In this document: piece by piece, positions 45,001 through 55,900 of the stretch
Layout of the letters: every line of letters starts with the position of its first letter
How positions within the stretch are numbered: the stretch's first letter is position 1
From: Nemertoderma westbladi
Lineage: Eukaryota > Animalia > Xenacoelomorpha
Direction of reading: 5' to 3'
Assembly (NCBI GenBank): GCA_032718475.1
Contig: JAUCBJ010000640.1
Span: 31,767-95,766 of the forward strand
DNA: 64,000 nt
Made by a program: the position numbers and the translations under genes
The notes under the pieces: generated by a model
Told to the model about the DNA's origin: nothing
Database searches by the model: none
What the model saw: the letters and a program-made list of their open reading frames with translations, nothing else

Positions 45001-48000
45001 GTTAATATACCTCCGAGGTGAGTAAATAAAGAGGGAGTTTAGGTTAATATACCTCCGAGGTGAGTAAATAAAGAGGGAGTAGTTCAGGTTAATATACCTC
45101 CGAGGTGAGTAAATAAAGAGAGAGTTTAGGTTAATATACCTCCGAGGTGAGTAAATAAAGAGGGAGTAGTTCAGGTTAATATACCTCCGAGGTGAGTAAA
45201 TAAAGAGAGAGTTTAGGTTAATATACCTCCGAGGTGAGTAAATAAAGAGAGAGTTTAGGTTAATATACCTCCGAGGTGAGTAAATAAAGAGAGAGTTTAG
45301 GTTAATATACCTCCGAGGTGAGTAAATAAAGAGAGAGTTTAGGTTAATATACCTCCGAGGTGAGTAAATAAAGAGGGAGTTTAGGTTAATATACCTCCGA
45401 GGTGAGTAAATAAAGAGGGAGTAGTTCAGGTTAATATACCTCCGAGGTGAGTAAATAAAGAGAGAGTTTAGGTTAATATACCTCCGAGGTGAGTAAATAA
45501 AGAGGGAGTTTAGGTTAATATACCTCCGAGGTGAGTAAATAAAGAGGGAGTAGTTCAGGTTAATATACCCCCGAGGTGAGTAAATAAAGAGAGAGTTCAG
45601 GTTAATATACCCCCGAGGTGAGTAAATAAAGAGAGTAGTTTAGGTTAATATACCCCCGAGGTGAGTAAATAAAGAGAGAGTTTAGGTTAATATACCTCCG
45701 AGGTGAGTAAATAAAGAGGGAGTAGTTCAGGTTAATATACCCCCGAGGTGAGTAAATAAAGAGGGAGTAGTTCAGGTTAATATACCCCCGAGGTGAGTAA
45801 ATAAAGAGAGAGTTCAGGTTAATATACCTCCGAGGTGAGTAAATAAAGAGAGAGTTCAGGTTAATATACCTCCGAGGTGAGTAAATAAAGAGGGAGTAGT
45901 TCAGGTTAATATACCTCCGAGGTGAGTAAATAAAGAGGGAGTTTAGGTTAATATACCTCCGAGGTGAGTAAATAAAGAGAGAGTTTAGGTTAATATACCT
46001 CCGAGGTGAGTAAATAAAGAGGGAGTAGTTCAGGTTAATATACCTCCGAGGTGAGTAAATAAAGAGGGAGTTTAGGTTAATATACCTCCGAGGTGAGTAA
46101 ATAAAGAGAGAGTTCAGGTTAATATACCTCCGAGGTGAGTAAATAAAGAGGGAGTAGTTCAGGTTAATATACCTCCGAGGTGAGTAAATAAAGAGAGAGT
46201 TTAGGTTAATATACCTCCGAGGTGAGTAAATAAAGAGGGAGTTTAGGTTAATATACCTCCGAGGTGAGTAAATAAAGAGGGAGTAGTTCAGGTTAATATA
46301 CCTCCGAGGTGAGTAAATAAAGAGGGAGTTTAGGTTAATATACCCCCGAGGTGAGTAAATAAAGAGAGAGTTTAGGTTAATATACCTCCGAGGTGAGTAA
46401 ATAAAGAGGGAGTAGTTCAGGTTAATATACCTCCGAGGTGAGTAAATAAAGAGAGAGTTTAGGTTAATATACCTCCGAGGTGAGTAAATAAAGAGGGAGT
46501 AGTTCAGGTTAATATACCTCCGAGGTGAGTAAATAAAGAGAGAGTTTAGGTTAATATACCTCCGAGGTGAGTAAATAAAGAGGGAGTAGTTCAGGTTAAT
46601 ATACCTCCGAGGTGAGTAAATAAAGAGAGAGTTTAGGTTAATATACCTCCGAGGTGAGTAAATAAAGAGGGAGTTTCAGGTTAATATACCTCCGAGGTGA
46701 GTAAATAAAGAGAGAGTTTAGGTTAATATACCTCCGAGGTGAGTAAATAAAGAGGGAGTAGTTCAGGTTAATATACCTCCGAGGTGAGTAAATAAAGAGA
46801 GAGTTTAGGTTAATATACCTCCGAGGTGAGTAAATAAAGATATAGTTTAGGTTAATATACCTCCGAGGTGAGTAAATAAAGATATAGTTCAGGTTAATAT
46901 TCCTCCGAGGTGAGTAAATAAAGAGGGAGTAGTTCAGGTTAATATACCTCCGAGGTGAGTAAATAAAGAGAGAGTTTAGGTTAATATACCTCCGAGGTGA
47001 GTAAATAAAGAGGGAGTAGTTCAGGTTAATATACCTCCGAGGTGAGTAAATAAAGAGAGAGTTTAGGTTAATATACCCCGAGGTGAGTAAATAAAGAGAG
47101 AGTTTAGGTTAATATACCCCCGAGGTGAGTAAATAAAGAGAGAGTTTAGGTTAATATACCCCGAGGTGAGTAAATAAAGAGAGAGTTTAGGTTAATATAC
47201 CTCCGAGGTGAGTAAATAAAGAGAGAGTTTAGGTTAATATACCTCCGAGGTGAGTAAATAAAGAGAGAGTTCAGGTTAATATACCCCGAGGTGAGTAAAT
47301 AAAGAGAGAGTTTAGGTTAATATACCTCCGAGGTGAGTAAATAAAGAGGGAGTTTAGGTTAATATACCTCCGAGGTGAGTAAATAAAGAGAGAGTTCAGG
47401 TTAATATACCCCGAGGTGAGTAAATAAAGAGAGAGTTTAGGTTAATATACCTCCGAGGTGAGTAAATAAAGAGAGAGTTTAGGTTAATATACCTCCGAGG
47501 TGAGTAAATAAAGAGAGAGTTTAGGTTAATATACCTCCGAGGTGAGTAAATAAAGAGGGAGTTTAGGTTAATATACCTCCGAGGTGAGTAAATAAAGAGA
47601 GAGTTTAGGTTAATATACCTCCGAGGTGAGTAAATAAAGAGAGAGTTTAGGTTAATATACCCCGAGGTGAGTAAATAAAGAGAGAGTTTAGGTTAATATA
47701 CCTCCGAGGTGAGTAAATAAAGAGAGAGTTTAGGTTAATATACCTCCGAGGTGAGTAAATAAAGAGAGAGTTTAGGTTAATATACCTCCGAGGTGAGTAA
47801 ATAAAGAGAGAGTTCAGGTTAATATACCCCGAGGTGAGTAAATAAAGAGAGAGTTTAGGTTAATATACCTCCGAGGTGAGTAAATAAAGAGAGAGTTTAG
47901 TTTAATATACCTCCGAGGTGAGTAAATAAAGAGGGAGTTTAGGTTAATATACCTCCGAGGTGAGTAAATAAAGAGAGAGTTCAGGTTAATATACCCCGAG

Positions 48001-49663
48001 GTGAGTAAATAAAGAGAGAGTTTAGGTTAATATACCTCCGAGGTGAGTAAATAAAGAGAGAGTTTAGGTTAATATACCTCCGAGGTGAGTAAATAAAGAG
48101 AGAGTTTAGGTTAATATACCTCCGAGGTGAGTAAATAAAGAGAGAGTTTAGGTTAATATACCTCCGAGGTGAGTAAATAAAGAGAGAGTTTAGGTTAATA
48201 TACCTCCGAGGTGAGTAAATAAAGAGAGAGTTTAGGTTAATATACCTCCGAGGTGAGTAAATAAAGAGAGAGTTTAGGTTAATATACCTCCGAGGTGAGT
48301 AAATAAAGAGAGAGTTTAGGTTAATATACCTCCGAGGTGAGTAAATAAAGAGGGAGTTTAGGTTAATATACCTCCGAGGTGAGTAAATAAAGAGAGAGTT
48401 TAGGTTAATATACCTCCGAGGTGAGTAAATAAAGAGGGAGTTTAGGTTAATATACCTCCGAGGTGAGTAAATAAAGAGAGAGTTTAGGTTAATATACCTC
48501 CGAGGTGAGTAAATAAAGAGAGAGTTTAGGTTAATATACCTCCGAGGTGAGTAAATAAAGAGAGAGTTTAGGTTAATATACCCCCGAGGTGAGTAAATAA
48601 AGAGGGAGTTTAGGTTAATATACCCCCGAGGTGAGTAAATAAAGAGAGAGTTTAGGTTAATATACCTCCGAGGTGAGTAAATAAAGAGAGAGTTTAGGTT
48701 AATATACCCCCGAGGTGAGTAAATAAAGAGAGAGTTTAGGTTAATATACCCCCGAGGTGAGTAAATAAAGAGGGAGTTTAGGTTAATATACCTCCGAGGT
48801 GAGTAAATAAAGAGAGAGTTTAGGTTAATATACCTCCGAGGTGAGTAAATAAAGAGAGAGTTTAGGTTAATATACCTCCGAGGTGAGTAAATAAAGAGGG
48901 AGTTTAGGTTAATATACCCCCGAGGTGAGTAAATAAAGAGGGAGTTTAGGTTAATATACCTCCGAGGTGAGTAAATAAAGAGAGAGTTTAGGTTAATATA
49001 CCCCCGAGGTGAGTAAATAAAGAGGGAGTTTAGGTTAATATACCTCCGAGGTGAGTAAATAAAGAGAGAGTTTAGGTTAATATACCTCCGAGGTGAGTAA
49101 ATAAAGAGAGAGTTTAGGTTAATATACCCCCGAGGTGAGTAAATAAAGAGGGAGTTTAGGTTAATATACCTCCGAGGTGAGTAAATAAAGAGAGAGTTTA
49201 GGTTAATATACCTCCGAGGTGAGTAAATAAAGAGAGAGTTTAGGTTAATATACCTCCGAGGTGAGTAAATAAAGAGAGAGTTTAGGTTAATATACCCCCG
49301 AGGTGAGTAAATAAAGAGGGAGTTTAGGTTAATATACCTCCGAGGTGAGTAAATAAAGAGAGAGTTTAGGTTAATATACCTCCGAGGTGAGTAAATAAAG
49401 AGAGAGTTTAGGTTAATATACCTCCGAGGTGAGTAAATAAAGAGAGAGTTTAGGTTAATATACCCCCGAGGTGAGTAAATAAAGAGGGAGTTTAGGTTAA
49501 TATACCTCCGAGGTGAGTAAATAAAGAGAGAGTTTAGGTTAATATACCCCCGAGGTGAGTAAATAAAGAGGGAGTTTAGGTTAATATACCTCCGAGGTGA
49601 GTAAATAAAGAGAGAGTTTAGGTTAATATACCCCCGAGGTGAGTAAATAAAGAGGGAGTTTAG
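1..49663 (+). repeat. Giant tandem minisatellite/satellite array, 42-bp unit (45-bp and 41-bp variants), open at the left window edge
   Basis: Consensus GAGGTGAGTAAATAAAGAG(A/G)GAG[TAG]TT(T/C)AGGTTAATATACC(T/C)CC repeated head-to-tail with no unique spacer. Period 42 read directly (TAAAG at 601 and 643). Ends at ...AAAGAGGGAGTTTAG (49,663). About 1,150-1,180 copies is an estimate from length/unit size. Confidence 0.99.
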
Positions 49664-49834
49664 TTCTTTTGGGAGTTTAGTAGGACCAGATTATATGGGT
49701 TACTGCCCCTGCCTCTACGTTTTGTGCCTTATTTCACGGCGTGTTTTTCGCCTGCTTGATAACACATAAAGTGATAATAAATCTTCAGATGTGTCGCGTC
49801 GCTGATTTTCATAATTTATAATTTTATAATTTAG

Positions 49835-49989
49835 ATTTGAGGAACTAAGTAATTTAATTCAGGAACGCGAGGATAATACTTCGCAAATAAATCGGAGATT
49901 GGAGTTTATCGAGGACCAGGCCGAGAGGACTAACATTGTATTACAACACATCGTGGAAAAATTGAACGAAAGAACCCAAAAAACAACGA
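49835..49989 (+). CDS. TRPM2: TRPM2-like exon: C-terminal coiled coil (FEELSNLIQEREDNTSQINRRLEFIEDQAERTNIVLQHIVEKLNERTQKTT)
   Basis: TTTAG acceptor, GTAAGT donor, 155 nt open frame with heptad pattern resembling TRPM2 RLASLEEQVAQT..ALHWIV. Confidence 0.8.
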
Positions 49990-52900
49990 GTAAGTTACAA
50001 TTATGATTACGTAATTATTGAGCAATACGTTATGAATACAATTGTTCCATCATTTGTTCTCCTAAAAATAAAATAATATGTTTCCTTGCAGTACCAACAG
50101 CTTCTAATGTGAACCGAAAAGAAACAATACCAAAGATTGAAGTTACACCAGAAAAAAAGCAAAATACACCCAGAAAAAAGTCAAGTAAGTTTTATATTAA
50201 ACCGAGAATGTACTAATGTAGAGATGCATCTACAGAGATGCGTGTTTGTCATTGCGACTGCTTGTCTGTACAACAAAGACCAGGTTCTACAACATTGTCT
50301 ACTTTCAGCTAGAGTGCGCACTGAATTTAAAAGTGTTGCTACCAAACTTTCAGATTTTTTAATGTTTTGCCCTCGGTAATAGGAAGGAAATTCTGTTAAT
50401 TTAATTATATTACTTAACATGTAATAAAGGTTATTATAAATTCTCAAAATTGCGCTTAATTAATTACACCATGTGCTGGAATGAAGTATCGTAATTCAGT
50501 AACATGGATCCCCCCTTCTAAATGTTTCTACAACTCTTAATGAGATTCCATGAAATTTGAAACAGTTATCTATAGTTTCACCTCCCCCCTCCTTATTGGG
50601 TGAGCCAGTATTTTTATTTTTGCTTTTATTATTAGAAAAAAGTGTCCCCAGCGATATTATTACTTATAATGATTTATTTATATTATTTTTTATTATATTA
50701 TGATTTAATTTTTTATAGAACTTTATTTTTTACTTTTGTTGTACTATTATTTTATATTGAAATTATTATATTGAATTGTTGGTAGCAATGGAAAGCTGGC
50801 CATTAAAGGATCCCGAATAAGTAATAACTATTTACATACTTGTGTGTAAAGTAGCACTTTACCGTGTGATGATCCGAGTGGCTTTGTTACACGAACGAAC
50901 GTTAGTGAGTGAGTGAAAATAAAGCCACGAGGATCAGAACACTGTAACTGTACTTTGCAACAAGTATGTATGTAGTTTTATTCCAAAATTTTAACATTAC
51001 GAAATGATTGTATATATTATTATAAGTGATAGAAACTGCACAAATTATATTAGGAGTCTCCGACGAATAAGTGGCAACAGTTACACCGTACTTACTCTTA
51101 ACCCTTGTAGTGATTTGTTGGTACCAATAGAAAGCTGGCCGTGCTAGGATTCCAAATATGTAGCACAATCTGAATTTCGTCCTAAAATAGCTGAGACATA
51201 ATTTGAATTTAATAAATAAACCATATTCTGGAACATTTTGTTAATAATTGAATAGCTACGTAAGGTATATCTTACTACACCATGTCCCGTAATATAGTGT
51301 CATTTTCTGATGGCACGGACCTCCCCCCCCCCCCAGATTTTTCTACAAATCTTTATCATATTGCTTGAAATTTGAAACACCACTAGTTCCACTCACCGTC
51401 GATGACCCCATGAAGCCGGAATTTTCGATTTCGCCATTAAATTTTTTTTAATAAGCGTTTTAAAAAAAGTGTCTTTTGCGAAATCGCACCCTCCGTATCG
51501 TGGACATTCTTCACATTAGTCGTAATTTTTTCATATCACTTGAAAGCTTGCGTTGCAAGGATTCGAAATATGTAACAATATCTGAATTTCGTTGAGAAAC
51601 AACTGAGATATAGGCGTTCAAAGATTCAAGAATTATTGTTCGCTAGAACGCATTACGACTAATGTGAAGAATGGCCACGATACGGATGGTGGGATTTCGC
51701 AAAAGACACTTTTTTAAACGCTTATTAAAATTTTTTTAAGACGAAATGGAAAATTCCGGCTTCATGGTAACAACCACGGTGAGTTGAACTAGTTGTGTTT
51801 CAAATTTCAAGCAATATGATAAAGATTTGTAGAAAAATTTGGGGGGGGGGGGGGGATCGGAAAATGACACTACTGTATATTACGGGTCATGGTGTATATT
51901 GATTGATTATTGACGAATCGCTACTTTTACTATTTATTTTAATGAAATATTGTATAATTTTTACTATGATGTAATTATAATATTATAATATAGGTATTCG
52001 GGGAGCTGATAGCCTCTGTGGTTGGTCCTTCCAGCGTTGAGCGGGAAGTGACTCTTTCCAGGGGGTACTTGGATCGGGAGGGCCGGGAGGTGGGGGGCGT
52101 ACGGGCAGACCTGGTTGCTCGGGGGGTCTGGGCCAATCAACGGGTGGCGTCGTTCGACATTGCGTTAATCAACGCTGACGCCACCTCGTATGTCCAGACC
52201 AACCGTTCAACTGAGTCTCTCCTGGAGGAGAGGTGTCGGCTGAAGAAGCGACACTACCAGACCGTCTGCAACGACCGGAGGATGGCCTTCACCCCCCTGG
52301 TTGGCACCACCGATGGTGTCTGGTGCACCGAGGCTCAAATACTAATTCGCCATCTAGCGGAGTCACTTGTGGCTCGGCGGGATGGTATGCGTGAGAGGGG
52401 CCTCGCGTGCGTGCTGGGGGGTGTTCGCCGGCGGCTGCAGTTCGCGCTCCTCCGGTCTAGCTCCCTCTGCCTCCGTGGAGGTCGGCGTCCGTGGCGGGGC
52501 TTGGGATTTGGAGACGGTGCGGGTTTGCGTGGCGCTGATTTGGGTAACTACTGATTACAGTAATTATTGTATTAAGTAAATTTATCAGCATTTATTAATA
52601 ATTTATTCTACAGTAAATATATTATTTTATTTAACTGAAATTATAATATATATATATTATTATTATAATAATACACTTTAATTATATGATTAATTATAAT
52701 AATGTTAAATATACGAGCTGCTTCAGCTCAACTAACTAACTACTAGATGGATGGAGCTATTTTACTACGTAATAGTATGATTATAGAGTTATTGCATTGT
52801 TACACAGCTACGCATGGGAATAAACAAAATGTTCTAGAATATGGAGTATTTATTAAATAGAAAAGCAGGGGGGGGGGACTGGACGCAAGGGGGGGGGGGG

Positions 52901-55900
52901 GACTGGACGCTAGGGGGGGGGGACTGGACGCTAGGGGGGGGGGGGGGGGGGGGGGGGGGAATCTCGGCGAATTAATATCCTGCCCCAATGTTAAATTCTC
53001 AATTTAGAGAAAGGAGCAGGTTACGGTGGCACGTTATTTTAACCCAAACAATAGACTTACACAGTAGAACAAACAGGTTACAGTTTTATTTTTGAGAGTA
53101 ATCAACTTATATTTGCCTCCAATTTCTCCTGGAGAGGGTTGCATTTTTATTGCTTCCAGTTAATGGAAGCAATAACCCCCCCCCCCCCCCCCCCCTATCT
53201 GATTCCAGGATATTGTGTAGTCGGGAATTTGAAAGAATTATCATTGGATACATATTATTATTATTATTGCCGTGTTGTTGTTGTGCTGTGAGATTTCCAT
53301 CTCGTATGGTTGATCTGTGTTATTTTGCTTGTTATTTACGATGTAGACCTACTGTTTAATAATTATTATCAATAAAATTACTACTACTAGAAGAAATCAC
53401 TCAAGTGTGTGTGGCCTATCTTACGAATCTTCTTTATATAGTTGATGGTACACTATTGGGCATTGTTTCCTCTTCGACACCCGGCATATCCTCGGAGTCA
53501 TCTATACTGCCAGGTAGCACAACTCCCTACCAAAGTCCCATAGAGGTCACTGAATCTACGGAGCCAGTAGACTCAATGGACCCTATAGATACCCAGGATT
53601 ATAGTGAATCTAACAACTCAACTATCTACTACCCAGGAAGCAATGTTATTAGATTCCCTGTCCCAAAACGGTCCAGGAAGTGGTCTGTGAGTGGATAATA
53701 TTTAATTAGCCAATAACGTTCGAAAAGGCTCGGTTGTTTGTTAGTGGATAGTTAGTTAGGCAGATTGTTATACTGACAAGTTTATACCAACAAGTTAATC
53801 TTATTTACGTGAGTAAACAACTACCAGTTAGTTAGGCAGATCGGTATTCTGTGAGTTATTTATTGAGTTAGTCAAGTTAGTACTTATGTATTAATGTATT
53901 AATTTAGTTAGTATTTACGTGAGTAAACAATTTGTGTTCTAGACTGAATTCAGTAACTACAGCCCGCCATTCTACACGGCACCTGATGTGATGCGCGGAG
54001 CGGATTCATCTGACCCCAATATTGATACGCCATCTTGCGGGCGTATATATCAACTGCATTTTAATGACATAGATACCCATTATCGTGTAAACAGAGAAAG
54101 CCACACCGGAAAGTATAAAATAGATTCCGGATTGCCACTGTAAGTTAATACATATATCAAATGTTGCAGTGTCCGAGTGGATACGGCGCCTGAACTGCTT
54201 ACACAATAGTGTTTGGTGGTACAGGTTCGAATCCGACTAAAGGCTGTAGAAATTTCGCACTGTTGTGTCCCTGGGCAAGACAATTTAGACATTAGTGCCT
54301 ATGCCAACCCAGCGGTATAATGGGAACCTGGCTTTGCTGGGGTAATGATAATAAAAGCGCTTTGAGTATGCTGAGCGTAGAAAAGCGCTATATAAATAAC
54401 CAATATTATTATTATTATTAAATGAATTCTAGAACACGGCATTTATTCTACTAATAAATGAATAAATATAATAAACCGTTCTAGAAGTCCTTGATATGTC
54501 GCTGGTTATTTTTTTACTCCATTGAAGTTTCTAGAATGCTGTTTTTCAGAATTATTTTGGGTTAATTATTCTTAGTAGACGAAAGCACTAAATAAGTGAA
54601 AAGTTTATGGAAATAAACATTTATTTTATTTTGTTAACTAACAAAAAATGCAAATTATAACTGTTCGAAAATAAATTTTCAGTAATCCAAAAGGTCGCAC
54701 TGGGATTGCCGGTCGAGGCGTGTTCAACCGATTTGGTCCCAATCACGTGGCGCATTGTGTGGCCTCCAGGTGGAATAAGGGAACGGATAAACCAACCACC
54801 GAACGGGAATTAGAGTTTATCGCTGTAAAATCTGCGAGTGATAATGTGTGGCGTCTCCCGGAGGTAAGTTTAGCCGAAGGAACCTCTCTCTTGGCTGTTT
54901 CCTGTTATGAGGTAGGGCGCCACACTAACTCCCAATGTCAAGTACTCACACTATCCATCCCTTTCCTTTGCTCCCCCAGCATATATGCCATGTAATCAAT
55001 ACAGATATGTGGCTTCAACATATTTCCTTAGAGTTAACATCATAACGAAAACTCCGCAGTCCCTTTTCTGTGGATCGAACTCACGACCACCCAGTGAACC
55101 TTTTTAAAAACATGACCCTTTTCCATCGTAACCAGAGATCTAAGACCTGACTGATCTGAGACTCTTCACGGAGTTTTCATTACATACAGGCTCCTATTAC
55201 ATATACCGAGGATGGTGTTGGCATACAGGCCTCCAGACGGGCCTTGGCTACTCAGGCACTGGGAATGTCTCCAGTTACTGAGGATGATAGACTGATACTC
55301 CAGCGAGACATGGCCTCTCTGCTCAGTTCCGGATCAGAGATCTACAAGGGTTACCTTGGAGATGAACGTAACACTGACAACAGTTGGGTAGAGACGAGAG
55401 TCTACAACTTCCATGATAGTGGAGGGATTTTATTTAACACCATCTCCTTAAAGGTTAATATTATAATTGTGTATTGTAAAGTTTGTTTATATTATTATTA
55501 TATTTAATTACTTAAATATACTTAAATACTTGTAAAGGATATTCCTAAACACAACGTCAAAGTCATTGCTGGTGACCTTAATGCTGAAATTGGCCCAGAA
55601 GACATCAAGGGTTACACCTATAACACCAGTTCCAACAGAAATGGGTACTTACTTTTAGACCTAATGGAAGAATGTGAATTGATACCAACAAACAACACAT
55701 TTGAAAAGAGTAAGGGGAAGCTATGGACCTTTCAATACCTTTGGATTCAAAGCACAGCTGGATTCCATCATTATAAACAAAAAGTGGAGAAACAGCATGA
55801 TCAACATAAAGCATACAGCTCGTTCAACCTAATTGGTTCGGACCACAGAATTGTGATTACAGAGATCAGACTCAGTTTGAGAGCCAGCAAACCCAGGACA

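Noticed and set aside
1-49663. CRISPR array
   Set aside because: No unique spacers, no cas genes, and the context is a spliced eukaryotic locus.
1-49663. Telomeric (TTAGG)n repeat
   Set aside because: TTAGG occurs at most once per 42-bp unit, is absent from TTCAG units, and is never tandem.
1-49663. Giant repetitive protein, either read straight through or from over 1,000 17-nt microexons
   Set aside because: The exon frame has TGA in every unit and the ORF track finds nothing here. Microexon splicing would need 25-28-nt introns with no pyrimidine tract (shortest predicted intron in the window is 55 nt), and concatenated 17-mers hit TAA in one frame.
51991-52554. RLE fragment as an alternative terminal exon fused to the channel
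   Set aside because: Splicing the phase-1 donor at 50,185 to TAG|GTATTC is out of frame with the RLE ORF and stops after ~15 codons.
52800-53359. Proline-rich ORFs 52800..52988 (-) and 53150..53359 (+)
   Set aside because: Translations of G/C homopolymer tracts with no splice or homology support.
54163-54240. tRNA gene
   Set aside because: A and B boxes are present but there is no convincing cloverleaf, and it runs into a SINE core and tail.
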